A stretch of 61,339 nt of DNA, counting the filler. It is 5 parts of 5 records of this genome, joined end to end, with 100 filler letters (N's around TTAATTAATTAA, not from the genome) between each part and the next. Parts side by side here need not be neighbours in the genome. Positions count along the whole stretch, not along the records: positions 44,502 to 52,314 come from SRR20825006_523; positions 52,415 to 61,339 come from SRR20825006_529; 3 more parts are not named here. The stretch is one strand, 5' to 3'. Numbering within the stretch: position 1 is the stretch's first letter; the number at the start of each line of letters is the position of its first letter. The notes beneath the pieces were generated by a model. It ran no database searches. It was not told where the DNA came from and was given only the letters and a program-made list of their open reading frames with translations. The translations under genes and the position numbers were made by a program. This document shows positions 48,718 to 59,637 of this stretch, one piece after another.

Positions 48718-49506
48718 TCAGGCGATTTCGCGGATGGTCGGGTCGGTACCGCACAACGCGCAGCCCGGATCGCGGGCGGCTTTCATCTTCCGGAAGGTCG
48801 GGCCGAGCGCGTCATAGATCAGCAGATGGCCGGACAGGCTGCTGCCGAGATCGAGCAATTCCTTCAGGACTTCAGTGGCTTGCAGCGTGCCGATCACACC
48901 GGCAACAGCGCCCAGAATACCAGCCTCCTCGCAGCGCGGAATCATGCCCGGCGGCGGCTCGGTCGGGAACAGACAGCGATAGCAGGGCTCGCCCTCATGG
49001 CCGGGAACGCCGCCCCGGAAGGTCGCAAGCTGACCCTCGAAACGCAGCAGGGAGCCGGAGACCAGAGGCTTGCCGGAGAGATAAGCGGCATCATTCACAA
49101 GATAACGTGTGGTAAAATTATCACTACCGTCGGCAATCAGGTCATAGTCGGCAAACAGCGTCGCCGCGTTTTCGGCGGTCAGGCGTTCCTCGTACCGGTT
49201 CACCTGGATACCCGGATTGATCCGGGCGACGGACTCCGCCGCCGAGGCGACCTTTGACGTGCCGACCGAGGCGGTGCCATGGGCGATCTGCCGCTGCAGA
49301 TTGGTCAGGTCCACTTCGTCGTCATCGATGATGCCGAGGGTGCCGACCCCGGCCGCAGCGAGATAGAGCAGCAGCGGCGAGCCGAGCCCGCCGGCGCCGA
49401 TGACCAGGACGCGGGAAGCGAGAAGGCGCTCCTGCCCCTCCTCGCCGACCTCGTCCAGAATCAGGTGGCGGGCATAGCGGTGGAACTGCTCGTCATTCAG
49501 TTCCAT
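48718..49506 (-). CDS. moeB: MoeB/ThiF family adenylyltransferase
   Basis: RYARH, GAGGLG, NLQRQ, CYRC, CALC. Confidence 0.88.
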   Translation of the reverse strand: MELNDEQFHRYARHLILDEVGEEGQERLLASRVLVIGAGGLGSPLLLYLAAAGVGTLGIIDDDEVDLTNLQRQIAHGTASVGTSKVASAAESVARINPGIQVNRYEERLTAENAATLFADYDLIADGSDNFTTRYLVNDAAYLSGKPLVSGSLLRFEGQLATFRGGVPGHEGEPCYRCLFPTEPPPGMIPRCEEAGILGAVAGVIGTLQATEVLKELLDLGSSLSGHLLIYDALGPTFRKMKAARDPGCALCGTDPTIREIA

Positions 49507-49511
49507 GCCGC

Positions 49512-50471
49512 TTATTCCCCCAGGCCCTCGAACAGGGCGGTCGAGAGATAGCGTTCGGCAAAGCTCGGGATGATGACGACGATCCGCTTGCCTTCCATCT
49601 CCGGGCGCTTGCCGATCTCGAAGGCGGCGGCAAGGGCGGCGCCGGAAGAGATTCCGGCCGGCAGGCCCTCGATGCGGGCGGCCTCGCGGCTGACGTCAAT
49701 CGCGGTCTCGTTGCTGACCTTGACGATCTCGTCATAGATCTTCGTGTCGAGAATTTCCGGCACGAAACCGGCCCCGATCCCCTGGATCTTGTGTGGTGCC
49801 GGGCTGCCGCCGGACAGCACCGGGCTGGCTTCCGGCTCGACGGCGACGACATGGAGTTTCGGATTGCGCTGCTTCAGCACGCCACCGGCGCCGGTGATGG
49901 TGCCGCCGGTGCCGATACCCGAGACGAAGGCGTCGACATTGCCGCCGGTATCCGCCCAGATTTCCTCCGCCGTGGTGCGGACATGGACATCCGGGTTTGC
50001 CGGGTTGGCGAACTGCTGCGGCATGAAGGCGCCGGGCGTTTTGGCAACCAGCTCCTCGGCTTTCGCGATGGCGCCCTTCATGCCGAGCGGTGCTTCGGTC
50101 AGCACGATTTCGGCACCGAGGAACGCCAGCATCTTGCGGCGCTCGATCGACATGGATTCCGGCATGGTCAGGATCAGCTTGTAGCCCTTGGCCGCCGCCA
50201 CGAAGGCAAGGCCGATGCCGGTATTGCCGCTGGTCGGCTCGATGATGGTGGCGCCCGGCTTCAGCGCCCCCGATGCCTCGGCGGCTTCGATCATCGCCCG
50301 GCCGATCCGGTCTTTCACGGAAGCCAGCGGGTTGAAGAATTCGAGCTTTGCCAGGATGTCCGCCTTGACGCCCTTGGCTGCTGCCAGCTTCGAGACCCGG
50401 ACGAGAGGGGTGGCGCCTATCGTATCGAGGATGCTGTCGTAGATTTTTCCGCGGAATTCTGGTGCGCTCAT
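49512..50471 (-). CDS. cysK: cysteine synthase A
   Basis: [32 protein letters not shown]. Confidence 0.95.
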   Translation of the reverse strand: MSAPEFRGKIYDSILDTIGATPLVRVSKLAAAKGVKADILAKLEFFNPLASVKDRIGRAMIEAAEASGALKPGATIIEPTSGNTGIGLAFVAAAKGYKLILTMPESMSIERRKMLAFLGAEIVLTEAPLGMKGAIAKAEELVAKTPGAFMPQQFANPANPDVHVRTTAEEIWADTGGNVDAFVSGIGTGGTITGAGGVLKQRNPKLHVVAVEPEASPVLSGGSPAPHKIQGIGAGFVPEILDTKIYDEIVKVSNETAIDVSREAARIEGLPAGISSGAALAAAFEIGKRPEMEGKRIVVIIPSFAERYLSTALFEGLGE

Positions 50472-50607
50472 CTGGTGTTCCTCCCTTTGGGATGTGGTGT
50501 CCCGTTCAAGCTGGTCAGTGCCGTCCGCCCCTTAAACAGGCGGTGCGGAAAGAGTGTGTGCGTGTTCGTGCGCCAGCGCCGGATCAGCAGCGCCCGGGCA
50601 GCAGCGC

Positions 50608-51066
50608 TCAGCCGGTGCCGGTGGAGCCGAAACCGCCACTGCCGCGTGCCGTCTCGTCCAGCTCTTCGACTTCCTGCCAGCGCGCCTGGATCACCGGCGC
50701 CACAAGCATCTGCGCGATGCGCATGCCGCGAGTCACGGTGAAGGGCTCCTGGCCGTGATTGATCAGGATAACGCCGATCTCGCCGCGATAATCCGCATCG
50801 ATGGTGCCGGGTGTGTTCACCTGTGTCACGCCATTGCGCAGCGCCAGCCCGGAGCGCGGCCGCACCTGCGCCTCGAATCCCGGCGGCAGGGCAATCGAGA
50901 GGCCGGTCGGAATCAGCATCCGCTCACCCGGCGCAAGAACGACATCCTCTGAGATCGCTGCCATCAGATCCATGCCGGCGCTGTCAGGTGTCTGGTATTC
51001 CGGCAGCGGGAGATCGGCGCCGTGCGGCAGGCGGCGGACGCGGACGTCGACGGTGGCGGTAGTCAT
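50608..51066 (-). CDS. dut: dUTPase
   Basis: [34 protein letters not shown]. Confidence 0.96.
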   Translation of the reverse strand: MTTATVDVRVRRLPHGADLPLPEYQTPDSAGMDLMAAISEDVVLAPGERMLIPTGLSIALPPGFEAQVRPRSGLALRNGVTQVNTPGTIDADYRGEIGVILINHGQEPFTVTRGMRIAQMLVAPVIQARWQEVEELDETARGSGGFGSTGTG

Positions 51067-52268
51067 GCCGTGAAATGCTCCGTGATGCGGGTGGCGAGCT
51101 TCACCGCCACTTCCTTCTTGGTCAGGGTGGGCCAGTCCTCGGCACCGTCCCCGGTGATCAGGTGAATGGTGTTGGCATCCCCGCCGAAAGTCCCCGTCGC
51201 CGGGCTGACATCGTTGGCCATGATCCAGTCGCAGCCCTTGCGGGTGCGTTTCTCGGTGGCGTGGGGAATGACGTTTTCCGTTTCGGCTGCGAAACCAATG
51301 ACCAGTGCGGGCCGTTTTCCGTCAAGCCCGGAAACCGTCTTCAGGATGTCCGGGTTTTCGGTCATGGCGAGCGACGGGATATCCCCGCTGCCGTTCTTCT
51401 TCAACTTCTGTGTGGCTTCCTCGGCCACGCGCCAGTCGGCGACGGCGGCGGCGAAGATGGCGATATCGGCGGGCAGGGCGGCTTCGACCCCGGCCAGCAT
51501 CTGCCGCGCGGTTTCGATATGCCGGACGGTGACGCCCACAGGATCGGCCTCCCGCGTCGGGCCGGTGACCAGGGTCACCTCGGCGCCTGCTGCCGCAAGC
51601 GCTGCCGCGATGGCGTGCCCCTGCTTGCCGGAAGACCGGTTTGCGATATAGCGCACCGGATCGATCGGCTCATATGTCGGCCCGCTGGTGACCACGGCGC
51701 GCTTGCCCGCCAGCGGTTTTGCCGCCGGGTCGAGCTGCGCCGCGACAGCTTCGGCAATCGCCGCCGGTTCCGCCATGCGCCCCGGCCCGAACTCGCCGCA
51801 GGCCATGTCGCCCTCGTCCGGTCCGATGAAGGAAATGCCGCGTTCGGCCAGAACCTTCACATTCTCCTGCGTCGCCGCATGGGTCCACATCCGGACATTC
51901 ATCGCCGGTGCGGCCAGCACGGGGGTGTCGGTCGCCAGCAACAGGGTGGAGGCAAGATCGCCCGCCAGCCCGGCCCGCATCTTCGCCAGCAAATCGGCGG
52001 TGGCAGGCGCGACGACGACCAGATCGGCGGAACGGGAAAGCTGGATATGCCCCATCTCCGCCTCGTCGGTAAGGGAGAAGAGATCGGTATAGACCTTGTC
52101 CTCGGTCAGCGCCGAGAGGCTGAGCGGCGTGACGAATTCCTCGCCCGCTTTCGTCAGCACCGCGCGCACGGATATCCCGCGCTTGCGCAGCAGCCGCACC
52201 AGCTCCAGCGCCTTATAGGCGGCGATGCCGCCACCGACGATCAACAGGACTCGCTTGCCGGAGGACAT
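51063..52268 (-). CDS. coaBC: bifunctional phosphopantothenoylcysteine decarboxylase/ligase
   Basis: [34 protein letters not shown]. Confidence 0.96.
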   Translation of the reverse strand: MSSGKRVLLIVGGGIAAYKALELVRLLRKRGISVRAVLTKAGEEFVTPLSLSALTEDKVYTDLFSLTDEAEMGHIQLSRSADLVVVAPATADLLAKMRAGLAGDLASTLLLATDTPVLAAPAMNVRMWTHAATQENVKVLAERGISFIGPDEGDMACGEFGPGRMAEPAAIAEAVAAQLDPAAKPLAGKRAVVTSGPTYEPIDPVRYIANRSSGKQGHAIAAALAAAGAEVTLVTGPTREADPVGVTVRHIETARQMLAGVEAALPADIAIFAAAVADWRVAEEATQKLKKNGSGDIPSLAMTENPDILKTVSGLDGKRPALVIGFAAETENVIPHATEKRTRKGCDWIMANDVSPATGTFGGDANTIHLITGDGAEDWPTLTKKEVAVKLATRITEHFTA

Positions 52269-52314
52269 GTCCCGACCTTTCAGATGTCTCAGACGAGGCG
52301 GACTCTAGGGCCGG

Positions 52315-52414
52315 NNNNNNNNNNNNNNNNNNNNNNNNNNNNNNNNNNNNNNNNNNNNTTAATTAATTAANNNNNNNNNNNNNNNNNNNNNNNNNNNNNN
52401 NNNNNNNNNNNNNN
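52315..52414. other. artificial contig spacer
   Basis: N run with TTAATTAATTAA. Confidence 0.99.
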
Positions 52415-52793
52415 GGCTGTTGGTGAAAACCAGGGTGAAGGCAATTGGTACGGCTTGGGTACTAATGTTGGCTTTGGCAACTTCACCGTTGGTGGTTCTT
52501 ATGGCCATACCGACGACGATTATGGTCTGAGCTCGCGTGACACTGCCGGCCAGGATCTGGACGCATTTGATATTGGTGTGTCTTACGCCATGGATGCTGC
52601 TGCCGTTTCCCTGACCTATGGTTATGAAGATTTCGGTACCGGTGACGTCAGCGCGGTTGATCTTGGTCTGCGCTATGCTCTTGGTGCTGGCGTTTCGTGG
52701 CGTTCGTCGGTCTTCTGGTTCGATCAGGAGAACGATACCACTGCTGATAACGATGGCTACGGTGTTGTAACCGGTCTGCGTCTCGACTTCTAA
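52415..52793 (+). CDS. porin, 5'-truncated (paralog 1)
   Basis: Amphipathic beta strands, terminal Phe; close similarity to 53341-54396. Confidence 0.85.
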
Positions 52794-52816
52794 TTCATCC
52801 AGAATTAGTACGATTT

Positions 52817-52844
52817 GAAGGGGGCGGTTTTCAGCCCCCTTCTT
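52817..52844 (+). terminator. terminator after porin 1
   Basis: GAAGGGGGC/GCCCCCTTC hairpin followed by TT. Confidence 0.65.
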
Positions 52845-53340
52845 ATTGCCAATCCCGCTCTGTTGTAAAACGCTGAGCGGGATTTTTTATTTAGAAATTA
52901 CCGATGTTCTGTTGGCTGCGGTTGGTTATCTGCGAAAGATATTTTTGCCAATATTAAACGATCTTAACTTGTTTTGTGCTGCGACAATAAAAATTCGCGC
53001 AGGCAGAGGGAATGCCTGCGCGATAATGTCATCTTTGGCCATGTGTGTGGATAGCCATGTTTCCAATGCTTGTTGCTTTGAGCATGTAATTTAAATGACT
53101 ATAGGTCATATAATCGGGCGGATGTGAAATTGCAAAGTCTGCTGGGATAATATCATTGTTCCCAGAGTAATAGGCCTTAATATCTGAGTGTGCTTATTCT
53201 GCCACAAACTTGCGACAAAAAACATTATCTATTCCATTATAATTGACTATTGGTCATTTAAATCGTTTTATCAGTCGGGAGAGTTCGAGCATGTCTATTG
53301 AGACAAATGCTCGGTCCACACGTAAAACCAAGAGGGTAAA

Positions 53341-54396
53341 ATGAAAAAGATATTGATCGCTTCAAGCGCACTTGTTGCTGTTGCGTTTGTCGGCCAAGCT
53401 CAGGCCTCCGAGCCGATTAAATTGTCGGTTGGTGGTTACATGAACCAGTGGGCCGGTTTTGCCGATCAGGAAGTCGGTGATCGCAACAACGCCTTCCAAT
53501 CCGATACCGAAATTCATTTCAAGGGCTCGACCACCCTCGATAACGGTATTGAAGTTGGTGCGGTGGTCGAGCTAGAAGGCGAAACGTCCAGTGACCAGAT
53601 CGATGAACAGTACCTGTATGTCAGCGGCAATTTCGGTCGTATTGAGATGGGCAAAAACGATAGTGCAGCCGATTCGATGCAGATCGTTGCACCAGCAGTA
53701 GGTCCGGTTGGCGTTAACGATGGCGACCTCGACATCTGGGTTAACTCCTATCTGATCGACACCACTGTCCCGAATGGTGATCAGAATCGCGTCACGTACT
53801 TCACGCCGAGTTTCAGCGGCTTCCGCGCTGGTGTATCCTTTGCGGATGATAGTGGTAAAAATGGTTCCTTCGATAAAAACGTCTCGAACGGCGCAATCGG
53901 TGGATTGCATTCCGATACCTCGGGTTCTGGCGACAACATCGTTTCCGGTGCGCTTGAATACATGGGTGATTTCAACGGTATTTCGCTTGGTGTTTCCGCG
54001 ATTGGCGAAAACTGGGGGGAAGGCAATCTTGTTGGTGGCGGTCTGAATGTTGGTTTCGGCAACTTCACCGTTGGCGGCTCCTATTCCCATACCGACGATG
54101 ACTATGGCTTCAGCGAAGGTAGCCGCAATCCGGACGATACCGATCAGTTCGACGTTGGTGTTTCCTATGAAATGGATGCCGCAGCTGTATCATTGACCTA
54201 TGGCTATGCTGAATATGGTAATGGCAGCCGTGGTAACGGTACCGGTGAAATCAGCACCGCCGATCTGGGCCTTGCCTACACCCTTGGTGCCGGCGTTGCC
54301 TGGAAATCCTCGATCTTCTGGTTCGATGACGAAGTCGATGGCGCAGAGGACAATGACGGTTACGGCGTTGTCACCGGTCTGGCACTGACCTTCTAA
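53341..54396 (+). CDS. alphaproteobacterial porin (paralog 2)
   Basis: Signal peptide AQA, DTEIHFKGSTTLDNG, FGRIEMG, YFTP.FSGF, terminal Phe. Confidence 0.9.
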   Translation: MKKILIASSALVAVAFVGQAQASEPIKLSVGGYMNQWAGFADQEVGDRNNAFQSDTEIHFKGSTTLDNGIEVGAVVELEGETSSDQIDEQYLYVSGNFGRIEMGKNDSAADSMQIVAPAVGPVGVNDGDLDIWVNSYLIDTTVPNGDQNRVTYFTPSFSGFRAGVSFADDSGKNGSFDKNVSNGAIGGLHSDTSGSGDNIVSGALEYMGDFNGISLGVSAIGENWGEGNLVGGGLNVGFGNFTVGGSYSHTDDDYGFSEGSRNPDDTDQFDVGVSYEMDAAAVSLTYGYAEYGNGSRGNGTGEISTADLGLAYTLGAGVAWKSSIFWFDDEVDGAEDNDGYGVVTGLALTF

Positions 54397-54418
54397 TTCC
54401 TGGGAATTAGCGTGATTT

Positions 54419-54450
54419 GAAAAGGGCGGTTTTCCGCCCTTTTCTTTTTT
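54419..54450 (+). terminator. intrinsic terminator after porin 2
   Basis: GAAAAGGGCGG-TTTT-CCGCCCTTTTC followed by T6. Confidence 0.85.
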
Positions 54451-54472
54451 GTCCAACATCCGTTGTTCTGGC

Positions 54473-55693
54473 TCAGATCCCGATATCCTGACGCAGAAAA
54501 GCTAAAAAGCGGTCTTTCTGTGCGACAAGGTCGGCGACGCAGGGAACCGGATTTTCGGTCACAAGCCGTTCGGCCAGTGCCCTGTCAGAATTGACCGGCA
54601 GGTTTCCGAGTTCCGACATTGGAAGTCGGAGGCTACCCATGCAGCCGATTTCACCCGATGTGGTTGCGCGCAATTTTGCAAGCCCGCAGGGCGCTTCGCA
54701 GAACTCGCCTTTATAACTGCTTTGCCAAGGGTAAAGGTTGTGATGGCGGCCCTGTAAAACGGTGGCAGAGGCCGAGCTATAGATACCAATGCCGGGCGTT
54801 TGAAACAGCTTGGTGATATGGGCAGGTCCGCTATCGGCCAGCACGACATAATTCTGTTCCCGGATGAAGGACACGAGATTTCCAATGGTTTTGAAACCGT
54901 CAACGACGCGGATATTCGGTGTGTTGAACGACCCGATCGTGTCCTTATATTTCTTCATTACCCCCTGATAGGCGTTGAGGATCAGAGTGGTTTCAAATCC
55001 GGCTTGTGCAAGGAGTTCTGTGGTTTCGTGCACTAGTTCCGGGGGAAGGGTGCGAAGGGGGGATGAGGCCATTGGCAGGATGCCAATTTTCATACCCGAT
55101 GCCAGTTTCGGTGCGCGTTCGGATGCAAGCGGGATCGGCGGAACTCCGAATGCCTCGCAAAGTGCCTCTTCCGGGTTAACCGGCATGGTCGCGATATCTT
55201 TCCAGCCTTCCATCTCGCTGAAATCGATCAGATAGTCGAATGTTTTGAGGCGTTTGGCGGAGATGAAAAGCTGAAAGATCGTGATATCGGGGATGGTGGC
55301 GAATATGTCAGACGCCGTACCGCTATTGAGCACAGCGATTTTCGCGCCGGGATATTTTGTTGCAAAGGCACGCAGAAACAGAACCATGCCGACACAATCG
55401 CCAATCGCATCGTCCGGGATCAAAAACAGGACCCGTTTCCGGTCAAAATCGGTATCGGCCCATGCATCGCGGGCAAGCACATCAGGTTGAACGCTATCTG
55501 ATATGATTTTTACTGATGGCGCATTGGCAAGAATTTGCTGGCGCAAAAGCGATGAGGTGCGTGTCAGATAGGCCGGGCTATTATCCGATGCCTGCACGAG
55601 GTCCGGGCTGACATTGGGCAGGCCGAACTGAAACGGCTGTTTTGATGCAAACCGGGTAAATTTCTTACGGGCGGGATGGTGATGTGCAGGCAT
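54473..55693 (-). CDS. glycosyltransferase family 9 (heptosyltransferase-like)
   Basis: AIGD and DSGPAHI motifs. Confidence 0.72.
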   Translation of the reverse strand: MPAHHHPARKKFTRFASKQPFQFGLPNVSPDLVQASDNSPAYLTRTSSLLRQQILANAPSVKIISDSVQPDVLARDAWADTDFDRKRVLFLIPDDAIGDCVGMVLFLRAFATKYPGAKIAVLNSGTASDIFATIPDITIFQLFISAKRLKTFDYLIDFSEMEGWKDIATMPVNPEEALCEAFGVPPIPLASERAPKLASGMKIGILPMASSPLRTLPPELVHETTELLAQAGFETTLILNAYQGVMKKYKDTIGSFNTPNIRVVDGFKTIGNLVSFIREQNYVVLADSGPAHITKLFQTPGIGIYSSASATVLQGRHHNLYPWQSSYKGEFCEAPCGLAKLRATTSGEIGCMGSLRLPMSELGNLPVNSDRALAERLVTENPVPCVADLVAQKDRFLAFLRQDIGI

Positions 55694-55727
55694 TTTCGGG
55701 CGATCTCCGGTCACCTTTTGCTCGGTG

Positions 55728-56366
55728 TTATGTGGCAGAGAACCCGATCCCGGCCAAAGATGCAACGCCCGATCCCCTTAACAGGGCGACATTGTCGGGT
55801 TTTATGCCGCCAAGGGCAACGGGGATAAGGCCAAGACTGAGGCAAAAAGCAGTTCTTTGAAGGAATATCGAAAACGTCATGCCCGGTTCACCGGGATGGC
55901 TTTGGGTGGCAAAAACCGGCGAGATCAGAACACCATCGGGACGTTGATCGGGTGCGAGAAGTGCCAGCTTGCGCAGCGTTTGCAAGCTGTGGCAGGCGGA
56001 TGTCACAAACATGTCGTGTGGTATTTGCCGATAGATATGTGGTCTTTTCTCGATGCGGTATTCCGGCAAATGAATACCATCGGCATCTAGGCGCAAGGCC
56101 AGTGCAAGATCATCGGCAATCAGGCAAAGGTGACCATATTGGCGACAGGTTCGCCGAACGATGTAGGCAAGGTGTGCGCGGTCCTTGGGTTTGAGCCCGT
56201 AGTGTCGGAAAATTACCATGCTTCTGCGCGGCAGACCGATGATTGCCGGGATCGGATCGGGCATGCGTTTGTCGTCGGTCATCAATATGATCGGCGGGAT
56301 TGGGCAATCAGAACCGCCATTGCGCAAATTGAGTTGGCGTGCCTGCTTTGCCAGTGTGGCATCCAT
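55728..56366 (-). CDS. thiamine phosphate synthase / TenI-like protein
   Basis: ADGIHL, SACHS, SPVFATQSHP, ALGGI. Confidence 0.8.
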   Translation of the reverse strand: MDATLAKQARQLNLRNGGSDCPIPPIILMTDDKRMPDPIPAIIGLPRRSMVIFRHYGLKPKDRAHLAYIVRRTCRQYGHLCLIADDLALALRLDADGIHLPEYRIEKRPHIYRQIPHDMFVTSACHSLQTLRKLALLAPDQRPDGVLISPVFATQSHPGEPGMTFSIFLQRTAFCLSLGLIPVALGGIKPDNVALLRGSGVASLAGIGFSAT

Positions 56367-56421
56367 TGATAGTATCCCGATTCTGTTTCACCGATTCCTG
56401 TACCGATTTGGGCCATCATCC

Positions 56422-57117
56422 ATGAGCGATCAGCATCTGTCATCCGGCAATCCCGACATCGCGGCCAATCTTGCCGAGATCCAGCAAAATATCGATAAAG
56501 CCTGTACAGCGGTTGGTCGCGCACCCAGCGATGTCACCCTGATCTGTGTCAGCAAGAACCACGATGCCGATCATGTGCGACCCGCTCTTGTCGACGGGCG
56601 GCGGGTGTTTGGTGAAAACCGGGTACAGGAAGCAGCAGGGAAATGGCCGGGCCTGAGGGATGAATTCCCTGATATCGAACTGCATCTGATCGGGCCGCTT
56701 CAGACCAATAAGCTAAAAGATGCGGTTGCGTTATTTGATGTGATCGAAACCGTTGATCGTCCAAAACTTGCCAATGCGCTGGCAAAGCATCGCGATACGA
56801 CCGGCGAATGCCCCGATCTTTATATCCAGATCAATATCGGAGAAGAACCGCAGAAAGCCGGAATAGCCCCGGCCGATGCCGATGATTTTATTATCGATTG
56901 CATCGAACGCCTGAAATTGCCGATCAAGGGATTGATGTGCATCCCGCCGGTGGATGAGGAACCGGCATCGCATTTTGCCCTGTTAGGCAAAATTGCCGAC
57001 CGTCATGGTTTGGCCATTCGAAGCATGGGCATGAGTGGCGATTACGAGGCAGCAATCCGGCTTGGCGCGACCCATATCCGTGTCGGGACAGCAATTTTCG
57101 GCTCACGGGGCTATTAA
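56422..57117 (+). CDS. yggS: PLP homeostasis protein
   Basis: VSK, FGENRVQE, HLIGPLQTNK, SMGMSGD, RVGTAIFG. Confidence 0.93.
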   Translation: MSDQHLSSGNPDIAANLAEIQQNIDKACTAVGRAPSDVTLICVSKNHDADHVRPALVDGRRVFGENRVQEAAGKWPGLRDEFPDIELHLIGPLQTNKLKDAVALFDVIETVDRPKLANALAKHRDTTGECPDLYIQINIGEEPQKAGIAPADADDFIIDCIERLKLPIKGLMCIPPVDEEPASHFALLGKIADRHGLAIRSMGMSGDYEAAIRLGATHIRVGTAIFGSRGY

Positions 57118-57313
57118 ATCGCCAGATGAAGCCTTTTAAAGACGGCTGCAACCCTGTTTTTATTGTTTTCGACGCAAATCTGATGCTGTAAACGCCGATT
57201 TTTCTATCTCTAAGGTGTGATTTCGGTCAACTGCCCGAATTTGGCAGAAAATGTGGATAACTGGCCCAGACGTATAAGACGCGCTCAAAGCCGTTTTGTG
57301 ACGAAAAAATCAA

Positions 57314-57348
57314 AAATCCCGCCAAGTGAATTTAGCCCGGCGGGATTT
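57314..57348 (-). terminator. hairpin terminator downstream of the response regulator
   Basis: AAATCCCGCC/GGCGGGATTT with T runs on the minus strand. Confidence 0.6.
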
Positions 57349-57388
57349 CTGCAAATTATTTGTATTTCTGCGGTTTGTCTGGGTCTGG

Positions 57389-58078
57389 TTATGGAACGAG
57401 CTTGTAGCCGCCAGGCTCGGTGACCAGGATCGTCGCGTTTGACGGGTCCTTTTCGATTTTCTGGCGCAGGCGATAAACGTGTGTTTCCAGCGTGTGGGTG
57501 GTGACCCCGGCGTTATAGCCCCAGACCTCGTCAAGCAGGGTTTCGCGTGTGACTGGTTTGTCGCCCGCCCGGAACAGGAATTTAAGGATCGAGGTTTCCT
57601 TCTCCGTCAGACGGACTTTTTTCTCGGTCGTGGTTTCGATCAGAAGCTTGGCACTGGGTTGGAAGCTGTAGGGGCCGATGACGAAAACCGCATCCTCGCT
57701 TTGTTCATGCTGGCGAATATGGGCACGAATACGCGCCAGCAGCACGTTCAGGCGGAACGGCTTGGTGACATAGTCGTTGGCACCCGATTCCAAGCCAAGG
57801 ATCGTATCAGAATCGCTGTCGGCACCGGTCAGCATGATGATCGGGGATTTGACCCCGGCGCGCCGCATCAGTTTGCAGACATCACGACCATCCATATCGG
57901 GCAGGCCGACATCAAGAAGGATAATGTCGTAGTAATTTTCTTTGGCGACTTCGAGGGCGTTTTGGCCACTATTGGCGACGACACATTCGAATTCCTCATG
58001 AAGCCGGAGCTGCTCGGTGAGAGACTGGCTAAGTGCCGCGTCATCTTCGACCACCAGAACCTGTTTACCTGTCGACAT
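57389..58078 (-). CDS. OmpR-family response regulator
   Basis: VVEDD, LLDVGLPDMDG, KPF; winged-helix THTLETHVYRLRQK. Confidence 0.92.
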   Translation of the reverse strand: MSTGKQVLVVEDDAALSQSLTEQLRLHEEFECVVANSGQNALEVAKENYYDIILLDVGLPDMDGRDVCKLMRRAGVKSPIIMLTGADSDSDTILGLESGANDYVTKPFRLNVLLARIRAHIRQHEQSEDAVFVIGPYSFQPSAKLLIETTTEKKVRLTEKETSILKFLFRAGDKPVTRETLLDEVWGYNAGVTTHTLETHVYRLRQKIEKDPSNATILVTEPGGYKLVP

Positions 58079-58314
58079 TCGCCATCCCTTGCTGCTTGCT
58101 AAATCCCGCCTATATTCTGGGCCTGCCGACGGTTCTTTTTGTGGCATTGTTCTCGTAGGCCCACCATATACTTAGGATTAGAGTCTCATACTGCGTTTTG
58201 AAGAACAAACTGTTTTCGCTTTAGCCCATTGACGTGCACCTTATCCAGCCCCATACCGACCGGATCGCGATGTTGTGATCATCCGTGTATGACCCAGAAG
58301 AAACAAAGACTGCA

Positions 58315-59463
58315 ATGACCCAATCTGCTGCCGTGCCATCAAAAGCCAATGTTTCCGCGACCGATCTGGTGACCGTATCGCGTGCTGTTGCCGATTTGCG
58401 GCGCGGTGAAATCGTTCTGGTCCAGGGACAGGCAAATGGCATTGCCCATTGTGTGGCGGTGATTGCTGCCGAACCGCTTTCCGACCACGGATTGGCGCGC
58501 CTTCATGACATTGCTGGCAAAAGCGGAAATACCGCGATTGTTTTGCCGCGCGTGCGGGCCAGATCGCTCGGCAAGACCTGTAAAAACGATCATTTCATTG
58601 CTTTTGTCAGCGCCAAAAAATCCGCTGTTGATGCGAAAGCGTTGGCCGAGATAGCCAATCCGTTGCTGGATCTTGAAAGCATGCCAGCTGGCGCGTGGCG
58701 TCCGGTCAATATGGCCGAAAGTGCGGCCATTCGCCTTGCGAAGCTGGCTCGGTTGCTACCGGCGGTGGTGACAGCACCGGTTGACCCCGAACAGCTTGAA
58801 ATGCTGTCAAAGGCGCAGAACCTTCTGGTGCTTCAGTCCGAGAGCATCAATGGATACGAAGACGCATCGGCCGCAACCCTGCGGCAGGTCAGCGAAGCGC
58901 GCGTTCCGTTGGAAAATGCCGAGAACGCAACGGTTATCGCGTTTCGTCCGGAAGATGGTGGTCAGGAACATCTGGCGATTGTGATTGATGAGCCGGCAAA
59001 AGATCAGCCGGTTTTGATCCGGCTGCATTCAGAATGCTTTACCGGCGATTTGATCGGGTCGCTGAGATGTGATTGCGGACCGCAATTGCGTGGAGCGATT
59101 GCCGAAATTGCGAAAAGCGGGCAGGGCGGAATTATTCTTTACCTGCGACAGGAAGGGCGCGGTATCGGGCTTGTGAACAAATTGCGCGCCTATGCATTGC
59201 AGGACCGCGGTTTTGATACGCTGGATGCCAACGAGGAACTTGGTTTTGATGCTGATGAACGGGTTTATCGGCCAGCTGCCGAAATGCTGCGTCAGATGGG
59301 GTTTGAAACTGTCCGGCTCCTGACCAATAATCCCGAAAAGCTTACCGGGCTTGAAAGCTGGGGCGTGACGGTTGCCGAACGTGTGCCGCACAAGTTTCCG
59401 TCCAATGGTCATAACGAATTTTATCTTCAGACCAAAAAGGACCGCGCCGGCCACCTGTTTTGA
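58315..59463 (+). CDS. ribA: GTP cyclohydrolase II with degenerate RibB-like N-terminal domain
   Basis: RLHSECFTGD..GSLRCDCG.QL, QEGRGIGL, LLTNNPEK. Confidence 0.92.
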   Translation: MTQSAAVPSKANVSATDLVTVSRAVADLRRGEIVLVQGQANGIAHCVAVIAAEPLSDHGLARLHDIAGKSGNTAIVLPRVRARSLGKTCKNDHFIAFVSAKKSAVDAKALAEIANPLLDLESMPAGAWRPVNMAESAAIRLAKLARLLPAVVTAPVDPEQLEMLSKAQNLLVLQSESINGYEDASAATLRQVSEARVPLENAENATVIAFRPEDGGQEHLAIVIDEPAKDQPVLIRLHSECFTGDLIGSLRCDCGPQLRGAIAEIAKSGQGGIILYLRQEGRGIGLVNKLRAYALQDRGFDTLDANEELGFDADERVYRPAAEMLRQMGFETVRLLTNNPEKLTGLESWGVTVAERVPHKFPSNGHNEFYLQTKKDRAGHLF

Positions 59464-59507
59464 GTCGCGCATAACGGAATCCGCCTGATTATGACTGCCT
59501 GATGCTA

Positions 59508-59611
59508 CCCGGCAGAAGATTCCGACAGGCAGTTCTGCGTCAAATTCTCTTTCAATAAATTCCCTTAAAATCAATACCTTAACCAGAAACAAAACTGGCA
59601 CTCCTTTTGCA
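59508..59611 (+). promoter_or_regulatory. sigma54 promoter with IHF site and candidate enhancer
   Basis: TGGCAC-TCCTT-TTGCA at 59596-59611; AATCAA-TACC-TTA at 59569-59581; CCCGGCAGAAGATTCCGAC at 59508-59526. Confidence 0.8.
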
Positions 59612-59637
59612 AAATAGTTGGCAAGAGGAGGACTGAT

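Noticed and set aside
16417-52370. Many long antisense or alternate-frame ORFs (for example 16417-17586, 26793-28025, 39069-40343, 44513-45472, 51075-52370)
   Set aside because: Typical high-GC shadow frames opposite well-supported genes.
13040-52414. Four identical TTAATTAATTAA motifs in N runs, and apparent links between fragments (for example ribC, ribA, folE, moeB cofactor genes)
   Set aside because: Artificial spacers. The fragments differ in composition and gene content, so cross-fragment synteny means nothing.
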